A DNA stretch of 63,869 bases, filler included, from Reclinomonas americana ATCC 50394 (Eukaryota), in the NCBI GenBank assembly GCA_048213135.1. It is 6 parts of 5 records of this genome, joined end to end, with 100 filler letters (N's around TTAATTAATTAA, not from the genome) between each part and the next. Parts side by side here need not be neighbours in the genome. Positions count along the whole stretch, not along the records: positions 1 to 17,930 come from PS015334.1; 5 more parts are not named here. One strand, written 5' to 3'. Position numbers and translations under genes: made by a program. The notes under the pieces were generated by a model. It searched no databases and was not told the DNA's origin. It saw only the letters and a list, made by a program, of their open reading frames with translations. The number at the start of each line of letters is the position of its first letter. Within the stretch, counting starts at the first letter, position 1. Shown piece by piece: positions 1 through 11,129 of the stretch.

Positions 1-847
1 AGCCCCAGCAGTTGTCGCCCGAGGAGTTGTCGCAGCGATCGCGCAGCTGCTGCGTCACGTCAACGACGCGGTGGCAGGCCGGGTTGCGCCCAGTGGTGTA
101 GGGGCTGGTGCCGGGCTCCACGGGGAAGTTGAGCTCCTTCAGCGACTGGTAGTCGTGGTTGATGGTGAGCAGGTTGCACTGGTCCTCCTCAAAGGCCGGA
201 CGCAGGCGAGCGCGGAGCACCAGCGGCACCGAATCGGCAGGGCACGAGAGGCCAGCCGCCAGGCCGGGGCAGGCGGCCTTGCGAGTCACAAACGGCGGTG
301 GGGACGGCCAGACGAGGTTCGAGCTGTCCGCATCGTGGTACTTGTCGTTGTGCGCCTCCAGCGAGCTGTACTTGTGACCATCGGCGGGCACCAGGTCGTA
401 CAGAATGCCCCTGCTGCGGTGCTTGTGGCCACTGCCCAGGTAGGCACGTCCACCGTTGTTGTAGCGGCCGCCACGGCTGCCGCGGCTGCCACTGTAGTAC
501 AGGTCGCTGTCGTAGTCGCGATCGCCATCCACATCCCAATAGTCCGAAGTCACGAGCGCATTGTACTCCTCGCCGCCATGGTGCGGCGGACGATACGCGG
601 GACCACCAGCAGACGCATACTGCGACTGACCAGAGCCAAACGCGTACGAAGGAGCAACAGCAGGAGCATAGTCAAAGTTGTCGTACGGTCCAGGTGCCGG
701 ATCGTAATACGACGACGGATCAGCGTAGCCGGCGAATCCGGCGTAGCCGCCATGCGCGGCACTCACAAGTGCGCAAGTCGATACTGCAAGCACTGCTGCG
801 GCGAGCAGCAGCAGAGGCAGCCGTGTGAGCTGGCGTCGTTGTCCCAT
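1..847 (-). CDS. Secreted Tyr/Gly/Pro-rich protein with a Cys-containing region; runs off the window edge
   Basis: Uninterrupted frame from ATG 847 to base 1, absent from the ORF track. Begins MGQRRQLTRLPLLLLAAAVLAVSTCALVSA (signal peptide), then GGYAGFAGYADPSSYYDP...YWDVDGDRDYDSDLYYSG, then spaced Cys residues. Confidence 0.75.
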   Translation of the reverse strand, partial: MGQRRQLTRLPLLLLAAAVLAVSTCALVSAAHGGYAGFAGYADPSSYYDPAPGPYDNFDYAPAVAPSYAFGSGQSQYASAGGPAYRPPHHGGEEYNALVTSDYWDVDGDRDYDSDLYYSGSRGSRGGRYNNGGRAYLGSGHKHRSRGILYDLVPADGHKYSSLEAHNDKYHDADSSNLVWPSPPPFVTRKAACPGLAAGLSCPADSVPLVLRARLRPAFEEDQCNLLTINHDYQSLKELNFPVEPGTSPYTTGRNPACHRVVDVTQQLRDRCDNSSGDNCWG

Positions 848-1179
848 CTTACAAAATTCAGGACAACCGTCTGCATAAACCAAAAACCACACAAACGGGA
901 AGGAGGGAAATCAGCACACTGCAGGCAATAGCGCAGAGGCACACAGGCGTGTTGGGCAAGGTGTGCTGCGCGCGTGTGTGTGAAACGGAGGATGCCAAGC
1001 CACCAACACGCACCTTCTCTTCTCTCGACAAACACCGAAAAAGATTACAAATCCAGTTTTCGTTACGTCCCAACCTGACTGTAAGCGTGCGTTTCCCGCG
1101 AATCCATGCCCGCCGCGTCTCGACCTCGCGTTACAAATATTAGCGCGGGAATTCATTTTCTCTTTTACCTACAAAGCCA

Positions 1180-4100
1180 TCAATCGTCGTCAGCCAATAG
1201 CAGCGGTGTGTGCTCACCGGCACCGTCAGCCCGCCGCGCGCCCTGCTGAATCTGGATGGACGAGCCGGCACGTACACCATCTGCAAGCTGCGCCTGTGCT
1301 CGTGCATCCCACCGGTGCACGTCGTGCAATTGCACCTCGTCGCCGGCCTCCTCCACCTCGATAATCTTCAAAAACACCTCCTCCAGCGTCGTGCACGAGA
1401 GACCGTAGCTGTCGACTTGCAACTCGTCGCGCCGCCGATCGAGCTCGGCCAGGAAGCGACCATACTCGCCCACGGCGTCCAGCGGCAGCAGAAAGAGAGA
1501 CTCGGCGCCACGCGAGCTCAGCACCTGGCAGCCTGTGTGTCTCACGGGCCGTCAGCGCAGGCGCCTAAGATAGAATGCAGTAATCGACAAACCGACAATG
1601 GAAGTGGTGACAAAGGTGCGCAGTGCTGATGTGTTGGCGCCTGGTCTTGTGACCACCTCCAGATAGTAGCCGAGCCCGAATCTGTCGACCAAGTACGGCG
1701 GGGGTAAATACTCTCTCATGACGGATTTCCTCGCACAAATGCACGCAACTGCTGCTTGAGTTCCATGGAGGTACCGAAGCACTTGAGCGATCCGTGCGAC
1801 ATGATGGCAATATAATCGGCCAGCAAATCGGCCTCCTCCATGCTGTGCGTGGTGAGGAGAATGATTCGATCCTGTTTCATGCGCTGCAGCAGCGCCCAGA
1901 TCTGCCGCCTTGATCCCGGATCGACACCGGTGGAGCACTCGTCGAGGACCACCACTCGCGGATTGCCGACAAAGGCAATGATCGTCGACAGGCGGCGCTT
2001 CATGCCACCCGAGAACGTCTCCGTGAAGCGGTCAATGTGCTCCTCCAGGCTCACCTATGACACCAATAAATGTCAAACGGCGGAGAGACGGGGACTGGAG
2101 CGAGAAGTTGCGTCACCTGGCGCAGATACTGGAGAATCTCCTCGCGCGACAGCCGGTGGCCCTTGATGGCGCCGTACAGAGCGACGTGTTCACCCGCCGT
2201 GAGCTTGCCAAACAGCACATCGTGCTGCGAGGGCCACACAATGAATGATGCGAGACGTATAAGATGCATGAGAGAGAGAGAACACGCGTACCTGCGGGCA
2301 CACGCCCAGCATTTGCCGAATGTGCTCCATCTGGTGCGTGATGGAGTAACCGAGGAGGTGTGCGTCGCCCGACGAGGGCGGGTAGAGACCAGTGAGCACG
2401 TGGAGTGTGGTGGACTTGCCGGCGCCTGCGTGACTGCTNNNNNNNNNNNNNNNNNNNNTTTAGCAACATTGGCTCCGTCGGTGAGCAGTACAAGGTGTAC
2501 TGGGCGTTGATCTGGCTGCCCTTGAACTGCGTCATCTACTGGATCATTTTGTGGTATCTCAGCAAGACGTGGAAAGGTGGGAGGTGTTGCAGCACGAAGT
2601 GGTGATGATGTTGCATGGATGTCCTCACGCTCTCTACCTCTCTCTTGTGTGCGTGCAGGCGAGTTTGGCACCGCTCTCAGCCCGCTGTTCTTCCTCAAGC
2701 CGTCGTACTGGCGTGGAGCGCTCAAGCGCAGCATGCTGGTGGATGCTGTTGCGTACTCGGTTGACAAGAGAGACGAAGAGAGAGATGTACAGAGTGATCT
2801 CACTGTGTGGGTGGGTGGGAAAACAGGAGGACGGTGCCGGACTGGAGATTGAGAACCTGCGCAAGGTGTTCTCCAAGGGCTGCTGCCACCGGCGACAGGA
2901 GACGGTGGCCGTGCGCGGTCTCACGCTGCATGTCAACCAGGGCGAGATTCTGGCTCTGCTTGGGCACAATGGTGTGTTGGGGAAGGGAGGAAAAGGGGGA
3001 GGGGGGGAGAGAGAGAGAGATGATTATGTGCAAGAGAGAGGTGTGAGCGAGCTCTGACTGNNNNNNNNNNNNNNNNNNNNNNNNNNNNNNNNNNNNNNNN
3101 NNNNNNNNNNNNNNNNNNNNNNNNNNNNNNNNNNNNNNNNNNNNNNNNNNNNNNNNNNNNNNNNNNNNNNNNNNNNNNNNNNNNNNNNNNNNNNNNNNNN
3201 NNNNNNNNNNNNNNNNNNNNNNNNNNNNNNNNNNNNNNNNNNNNNNNNNNNNNNNNNNNNNNNNNNNNNNNNNNNNNNNNNNNNNNNNNNNNNNNNNNNN
3301 NNNNNNNNNNNNNNNNNNNNNNNNNNNNNNNNNNNNNNNNNNNNNNNNNNNNNNNNNNNNNNNNNNNNNNNNNNNNNNNNNNNNNNNNNNNNNNNNNNNN
3401 NNNNNNNNNNNNNNNNNNNNNNNNNNNNNNNNNNNNNNNNNNNNNNNNNNNNNNNNNNNNNNNNNNNNNNNNNNNNNNNNNNNNNNNNNNNNNNNNNNNN
3501 NNNNNNNNNNNNNNNNNNNNNNNNNNNACACCACTTGGTGTCGCACAGGGACTGCTGATGATGGGCTGCTCGGACAATGCGTACTGGCTGTCGTGGATGA
3601 TTGTGCAGTCGATCACGCTCCTCCTCCCGATCCTGATCTTCATGGCGCTGGCGTACGGCTTCTCCTGCATCAAGCACAGCAATTTCCTGCTGGTCATCTA
3701 CATGCTGTTCTTCTACACGCTCAGCGTGGTCATCCTCGGCCTCATTCTCAGCATCTTTTTCGACACGCCTCGCGCTGCCGCCTCCGGCTCCTCCTTCCTG
3801 GCCATTTTCTCGTGTGGCATCTACGCCCTCATGCACTACTACGTCTTCAACCACGTCGGCAACGGCCTCAAGAACCTCTTCTCCATTCTCTCGCCAGTGG
3901 CGTTTGGTGAGGCGTGGTTCGAGATGGCGAGTCTGGAGACGGTGCACGACGCAGGCATCACCNNNNNNNNNNNNNNNNNNNNNNNNNNNNNNNNNNNNNN
4001 NNNNNNNNNNNNNNNNNNNNNNNNNNNNNNNNNNNNNNNNNNNNNNNNNNNNNNNNNNNNNNNNNNNNNNNNNNNNNNNNNNNNNNNNNNNNNNNNNNNN

Positions 4101-5716
4101 NNNNNNNNNNNNNNNNNNNNNNNNNNNNNNNNNNNNNNNNNNNNNNNNNNNNNNNNNNNNNNNNNNNNNNNNNNNNNNNNNNNNNNNNNNNNNNNNNNNN
4201 NNNNNNNNNNNNNNNNNNNNNNNNNNNNNNNNNNNNNNNNNNNNNNNNNNNNNNNNNNNNNNNNNNNNNNNNNNNNNNNNNNNNNNNNNNNNNNNNNNNN
4301 NNNNNNNNNNNNNNNNNNNNNNNNNNNNNNNNNNNNNNNNNNNNNNNNNNNNNNNNNNNNNNNNNNNNNNNNNNNNNNNNNNNNNNNNNNNNNNNNNNNN
4401 NNNNNNNNNNNNNNNNNNNNNNNNNNNNNNNNNNNNNNNNNNNNNNNNNNNNNNNNNNNNNNNNNNNNNNNNNNNNNNNNNNNNNNNNNNNNNNNNNNNN
4501 NNNNNNNNNNNNNNNNNNNNNNNGGTGGGTCGGAAGGCGACGTAGACAGGTCACACGTGTACATACACACACACATACCTCTTTCAGCTTCTCCTTCTTC
4601 TCGGTGACGAGCAGCACCAAGAACTGCACCATGACCAGGAAGAAGGCCAGCAACGTATAGATGGCCCAGATATCGGGCAGACCCGTGTTGGCACCGGGAC
4701 GCGACGGCATCTGATTGGTCGTAACCGAGAGCGACGGCGCTGGCACATTGGCGACCGTGGCTTGCGCTTGCACTGACAAATGACAATGAGCGCCCCACAC
4801 GATGCAACTAAGCGACAGTCTAGACATGCACGCAACAGAGCGACTGGATCACCGACAATTGCAGGCTCACCAAGCCCGTGTAGACCGAGTTGCTCTGTGA
4901 GACGCCGACATACGACGTGTTGGAGATGATCATGTATCCGGTGTCGGCATGCACCGTCGTGTCGGAGGCGGCCAGGTTGGTGAACACGACGCCTGCGACG
5001 AACAACCACACGTCATCAGCACACACACACACAATCACAAGGGAAAAAAAAAGAGATGCGCACACACGCACCTCCCCACAATCGCCCCGGATTCAAAGTA
5101 AAGTCATTCTGCAGTGCGTTGCTGTCGGAGAATTGTTGAAAGTTGTTGTAGCCGGTGGCACCCCGCAGATTGGCCAGCAACTGCGCACCAGCGGTGCCCG
5201 CATCGCCCACGGGCGCCACACCGACCTTCGGTGACCCACTGCGCACATTTGCAGTCAACACAAAAGCGCCGAATGCGAACATTTGGCGAGCAGCTCACCT
5301 GCCAATCAATACCGCTGCAATGGGCGTGGGGGTCGACGGTGTGTACGTGGCTGCATGTGCACACACACACGCGTGTGAGAGAAGGAGAGAAGGAGAGAAA
5401 AGAGGAAGAGAATGCTGAGGCAACTCCACGGTGCATTCGCATTGTTGCCACCGGTTGTCTTTGTGATGATGATGAGGAGCGCGAGAAAGTACACTGGATA
5501 CAGCACCTGGTCGCACACACAGTCACTCTCTCTCTCCTCTCTGCAGCAACCAGCAGAGAGACAACCGTACTCACCTCCATGAAAAACGCGCGCAATGCAC
5601 GACGCTGGATTGCAGCCTCGTGAGCACACACCACACACACACACAGAACGCAACACACCGACCTTCACAAGAATGCTCTTGCGCAACAGCGCACGCAGTT
5701 GCACGCGAAAGTGCAT
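1180..5716 (-). CDS. Half-size ABCA-family transporter (one TMD + one NBD), multi-intron; two internal contigs (2459-3060, 3528-3962) are assembled in flipped orientation
   Basis: N-terminal [32 protein letters not shown]; Walker A GHNGAGKST; signature FSGGMKRRL; Walker B VVVLDE; ABCA tail [14 protein letters not shown]; stop at 1180. Confidence 0.9.
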
Positions 5717-5745
5717 TCTTCTCTAAGTGTTGTTTACTTTAGCAA

Positions 5746-6529
5746 CTATGACTCACGAAGACAATTGAGCCACATCAATGCGGCGGCCACTCTCATGCTG
5801 GTCTCCGCCTGATCCACATCATGCCCGCCGCCCTCCACAAAGCCCCACGCCCCCGCCTGATAATCCTCATGCAATCGCGCACACTCCACCACCGCACGCG
5901 CGCTCGTCAAGTGCCCATCAAACGCCGCCAGTGCAATCACTGCCGACTTGCACGCCGTCACCATGGACTGAATGCCCATGAGATGCCACTCATCCAGCGA
6001 CTCCACCAGCGCACGCACAGCTGCAATGGTGGCAGGCGGCTGGCGCACAGCAGTGAGGCCAGTGGTGGGCGCAATGGGCCCGTGACGCGCCATGAACCAC
6101 GCGCACACAGGCTCCCACACGCGCTCCTGTCGCTCCACGAGCTCGCGTGGTGACTCAGCACGGTAGAGCACGGTGTCGGTTGGGAGGTAACGCATAATGT
6201 CGTCGACGAGGTGGGCGCGGCCGAGGGCGCGATCGGTCAGTGTCGAGGCGAGCGACATGAGAGGCATGGTGTGTGGGCGGATGAAGCGACGCTGGTACTC
6301 CCACTCGGCGGCAATGGCGGTGGCGAGTGCGCGAGTCGGCAGGTGCAGAGGCTTGCGCGCGGGTGAGCGGAGTGTGCGGTGGTCCAGGTGCACTGCAAAG
6401 GCGGTCGCGCTGTTGTTGTTGGTGGCGTCGCGTGGCACCTCGTGGACGCTCACCGACTTGTAGAACTTGCGCGCGGGGGTGTTGCCTGTGCGTGCGTATC
6501 GGTGAGCGCGAGTGTGTGCGTTGCGAGAC

Positions 6530-6605
<76 letters not shown>

Positions 6606-6792
6606 GGACGGTACGGGTACGGGTACGGGTACGGGTACNNNNNNNNNNNNNNNNNNNNAGAGAGAGAGAGAGAGAGAGAGAGAGCGCGGAACTGCGTGCG
6701 GGTGGTGCAGCGCGCGATGATGGCGATGCTGCTGTGCTAAAGGCATAGGCGGGTAACCGCGTGCGCGTCAACGCCATGGTCAGTGCGCGCAT
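5746..6792 (-). CDS. ATP12: Mitochondrial F1-ATPase assembly chaperone ATP12/ATPAF2; one microsatellite-containing intron; start at 6792 or 6777
   Basis: RKFYKSVSV, LDHRTLRSPA, LATAIAAEWEYQ, PHTMPLMSLAST, RLHEDYQAGAWGFVEGGGHD; Arg/Ala/Ser-rich presequence-like N-terminus. Confidence 0.92.
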
Positions 6793-6837
6793 GGTCGTTG
6801 ATAAAGCTTCGTTGAGGTGATCGACTCATCGGAATCG

Positions 6838-7815
6838 ATGTTGCTGGTGGTGGGAGCGGGCGATCTGGGCTCTCGCGTGATCGCACAGTGGCTGCGTGCG
6901 CGTGTCGACGATGAGGTCATCGCAGAGACGCGTACGTCATCGGTGAGCTTGCGTGCATGCATGCGTCGATGTCTTGCTGATGCGTTTGCTGATGCACTGC
7001 GCAGCGACATGCAGCACTGGTGGACGCTGTGGCGCCCGAGGCACGCAGTCGATTGCACGTGCAAGTCGCTGGGGAGGCTGCGGGGGAGCAGCGATTCTCC
7101 AGCGTTCTCTTCTGTGTGCCATCGAATGTCGACGATTACGGTGCGACGCTGGAGCAGGCGCTGCGGCGATGGAACGGCGGCGAGGACGGTGGTGTGTTTG
7201 TGCTGGTCTCCAGCACATCGGTGTACCCGTCGGGTGTGGACGTGAGCATCAGCGATGAGGAGCAGGAGGAGTGGCCGGCGTCGGCGGCCGCCGAGAGCGA
7301 CATGGGCGAGGGCGAGCGGCGATTGTTGGCCTGCGAGCGGCAGGTGATGCAGCAGGGCGGCTGTGTGATGCGTCTGGCGGGTCTCTACTCGGCCAATCGA
7401 GGGGCGCACGCGTTCTGGTTGCGCTCCGAGTCGTCCAAGATGCCCGGCGACGGTCTGTACTCGAATGTTGCTTGGCCGTGGCCAATCACTCACTCGTCTC
7501 TCGGCAGGCTACATCAACCAGATCCACTACGAGGACGCCGCCCGCTTGTGTGTGGCGGCGTTGAGTGCGCCTGAAGTGTCGCGCGGTCGCGTGTTCCTCG
7601 GCTGCGACGGCTCACCAATGACGCGCGAGGCCATTGCCGAGGCCGCGGTAAAGTCCGGTCGCTTCCCCGCTGCCGCACGATGCGTGTTCACCGGCGCACC
7701 CGGCACCTCGCCGGGCCGACAGCTCACCAATCCGCGCACGCGACGACAGCTGCACTGGGAGCCCACGTGGAACAGCTTTGCCGAGTTCATCCAACAAGAG
7801 CAGTTGGACGCGTAA
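6838..7815 (+). CDS. NAD(P)-binding Rossmann-fold atypical SDR/epimerase-like protein (2 introns)
   Basis: LLVVGAGDLG nucleotide-binding motif, VLVSSTSVY, GGCVMRLAGLY, NQIHYEDAA, VFLGCD, LHWEPTWNSF. Confidence 0.8.
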
Positions 7816-7852
7816 AACAACCGTGTCTATACACTGTCTTTTTGCGTGTTCT

Positions 7853-9348
7853 TCATGAGTGATTAACTGCTGGCGGCAGTGGCAGTCGTGCTTCGGCGCT
7901 CGCCAGGCGCTGCTCCAGGTGCCGCACGTGCTGTTCGAGTTGCTCTCGTCGATCACGCTCCAGCGACATTTGCGCCGCCATCAACACCAGCTGGTTCATC
8001 ATCGTCTCCCGTTCGCGGCGCTCCACGGCCAGCGCCTCCCGCAGCTCTTGCACCACCGACGACGAGAATAACAACGACGACGATGACGCCGAGGCCGACG
8101 ATGACATCTCGTCGCGGAGCTCTCGTGCGGGCGAAAGCGCCAGGGAGCGCGCATCTGGAGGTGGTGACAGTGGCGCATCGCCGGCGATCGCAGACGGCGA
8201 CAGCGGTGCGCAACTGGGGGCAGCGGCGGCGGCGGCGGCGGCAGCACCGGCGGGCACAACGGCGGCATCTGCGTCGACAAGATCCCACAGCCGCACCGTG
8301 CGATCTTCGGAGCCGCTGATGATGCGTCCATCGGGCAGCGCGTCTGCACACGTGACCACACCGGTGTGTTCGCGCAGCACCGCCACCGCTTCCCACGTCT
8401 CCGTTCTCCACACCCGCACGGTCTTGTCTGCAACATAACACAGCGAGCGCGCGCGCGCAAGTCAGTCACATGGTGGTGGTAGTAGATCTAGAACGCGAGC
8501 AGACCTGCACTGGTGCTGTGCAGCGTGCGGCCGTCGGCAGCAAACGCCACCGTGGTCACCCAGTAGCGATGACCCACGAGCTCGCGCAGCAACTGCCCGC
8601 CGTCCATTGACCACACGCAAAGTCGCCCATCGTAGTGGCCGGTGACCAGCGTGGTGTCGTCGGGCGACAGCGCCACGGCATACACATCGGCGGCCGTCAG
8701 CTCCCCGCTCTGCAGCACATGCACCGTCTCCCCCGTCTCCACGCCCCACACTCGCGCCGTGCGATCGCGCGAACCGCTGACAGCCATGCGCCCATCCTTC
8801 GTCATTGCCACATCCAACACCGGCGCCGTGTGTCCCTCCAGCATCGCCAGACACAAGCCATCGTCGACCGACCACAGACGAACCGTTGCATCGACACCGC
8901 CACTGACAATCACATTGCCGGAGACCGCCAGTGCACTGACACTGCGCTGATGCCCATCGCGACTCCACATCACCACCGGTCGAATCGGCTGTCGCGAAGG
9001 CGACGCCGCCGCGACGACCAGCAGCCGACTGGCATCCCACAAGACAACTGCACAAGCGGTCGTCGACTGCGTCTGTGTCCACTCGCCAGCCACCACATAG
9101 CAGGTGTCTGCATTCGCCAGTGCCATGCGCGCGAATACATGCTGTCGCGAGGAGTTGCGCACGTGCACCTCGATTGGTTCGCCGTCGCCGTCTTCTGCCT
9201 CGACGTCGCACAATAGAACTGCTCCATCGGCCGTGCTGCACAGCACGTATTGTGGCGACAGCGCGACCACTGCCAGCACAGTGCGTTGCGTGTTGCTGCA
9301 TAGGCGCCGGCTTTGCGCAGGTGGCCGTGGTGGCGGGCGGCCACTCAT
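7853..9348 (-). CDS. WD40-repeat protein with C-terminal coiled coil (1 intron)
   Basis: Repeated GH...V...SG..D.TVRLW units; exon join STSA/DKTVRVW; tail ELREALAVERRERE...LEQRLASAEARL. Confidence 0.8.
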
Positions 9349-9404
9349 CGAAAACTGGTGTGTCCTGGTGTCCAACGTCGCGTGTGTGGTCAGTGTGTGC
9401 GCGA

Positions 9405-10802
9405 ATGAGCTTCCTCTTTGGCCGGCGCAGCAAGACGCCAGCGGAGCAAGTGCGTCAGGCTGTGGAGGACTTTGAGGTCATTGAGCGCAATCGCGACCAG
9501 AAGAGTGTCGACAAGGTGTGTGTGTGTTGGCACATGTCTGTTCTGTATTTTCCTCTTGTTTCTCCCTCTGTCTCTGTCTCTGTCTCTTGCTCTCTCTCCC
9601 TCCGAGTTGTTGTTGTGTGTACACAATGACGATGCCACGGATGATGATTGTGATTGTGATGATGATGATGACAACACGCACTCGTCTTTCAACGTGCGTG
9701 TGAGCGGTTTTTTCACTCGCTCATCATCCACTTCACTGCGGCGCAGGCGATTGATGATTTGTCAAAGCTGATCCACGAGTTCAAGACCACCTTGCTGGGC
9801 TCCGGCGACCATCATCATCACAAGTCGGCTCCAGCAGGCTCCTCATCTTCTTCCTCCTCCTCTTCCTCGTCGTCGTCGACCACGACGGCGTCTGGAACAG
9901 CTGCAGCAGGCGGCTCGGTGTCTGGTGGCAGTGGCGCGTCTGGCAATGTCGGTGCAGGCGCCGGATCATCATCCTCGTCGTCATCTTCATCTTCATCGTC
10001 GGCGGCGTCGGCAGCCGCGGGTGCCGCATCGTCGGCTGCCTCGGGCGGAGCCTCGTCGGCGGTCGGTGGAGCATCGTCATTGGGAGCGGCAGCAGGGGGC
10101 ATGGTCGCGGGTCTGGCGGGCAACGGAGGCAGCGGTGGTGGCACAGGAGGTGATGGGGACAAGGCGGCTGGGGGCGACGGGGGTGCTGGCGACGAAACCA
10201 ATGGTGGGTGGCGCACCCGTGCCTCCTTGAGTGTCTTGTATCTGTATGTGCGTGTGTAGTAACGTGAGCGTGCGAGGCAGGCGGTTCTTCCGAGCCCAAC
10301 GCCGAGCAGGTGCAGCAACTCATTCGTGAGCTCCTCGCCACGGATCTGTTGTCGACGCTGGTCTCGGAGATTCACCGACTCGAATTCGAGGTGCTCCGCT
10401 CTCCTCTGCCTGCCCCCCACCACTCTCACGCACTGACCTCCCCTCACACATGCACAACAGACAAGAAAATCAGTGGTGCAGATCTTCAGCAACCTGTTGC
10501 GTCGGCAGCAGGGTGGCAGACTACCGGCCGTTGAGCACATATGTCGAAACGACTATCTGCTCGACAACCTGATTCTGGGGTTGCGTCGCGTCGTTGTCTC
10601 CCTTTCCCAATCTCCTCCTTTGGCACGCGCTCTGAACATGCACAAATACAGGTACGAGAAGCTGGAGATCTCATTGCACTGTGGTTCCATGCTGCGCGAG
10701 TGCATTCGGCACGAGGAGCTGGCGCGCATCATCTTGCGGTCGGAGAGGTTCCCGAAGTTCTTCGAGTACATCGATCTCACCAATTTCGATGTGGCCTCGG
10801 AC
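9405..10802 (+). CDS. MO25: MO25/CAB39 scaffold protein, 3' end lost in gap
   Basis: MSFLFGRRSKTPAE, EPNAEQVQQL, LEFE/TRKSVVQIFSNLLRRQ, GYEKLEISLHCGSMLRECIRHEELA, FFEYIDLTNFDVASD. Confidence 0.93.
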
Positions 10803-11129
10803 NNNNNNNNNNNNNNNNNNNNNNNNNNNNNNNNNNNNNNNNNNNNNNNNNNNNNNNNNNNNNNNNNNNNNNNNNNNNNNNNNNNNNNNNNNNNNNNNNN
10901 NNNNNNNNNNNNNNNNNNNNNNNNNNNNNNNNNNNNNNNNNNNNNNNNNNNNNNNNNNNNNNNNNNNNNNNNNNNNNNNNNNNNNNNNNNNNNNNNNNNN
11001 NNNNNNNNNNNNNNNNNNNNNNNNNNNNNNNNNNNNNNNNNNNNNNNNNNNNNNNNNNNNNNNNNNNNNNNNNNNNNNNNNNNNNNNNNNNNNNNNNNNN
11101 NNNNNNNNNNNNNNNNNNNNNNNNNNNNN

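Noticed and set aside
71..931. Long + strand ORF and many other ORF-track entries, including poly-X, HT/CV/RE repeat ORFs
   Set aside because: Antisense shadows of GC3-rich genes, N-gap read-through or microsatellite translations.
2459..3962. Internal gene segments on the opposite strand (ABCA; also PEX5 18031-18520 and WD40 56248-56561), suggesting scrambled genes or programmed inversion
   Set aside because: Every inversion boundary coincides with an N gap and segment order is otherwise correct, so mis-oriented contigs are the simpler explanation.
10803..11129. Apparent overlap or fusion of MO25 and kinesin ends
   Set aside because: Convergent genes truncated by a gap whose nominal size is too small for the missing coding sequence.
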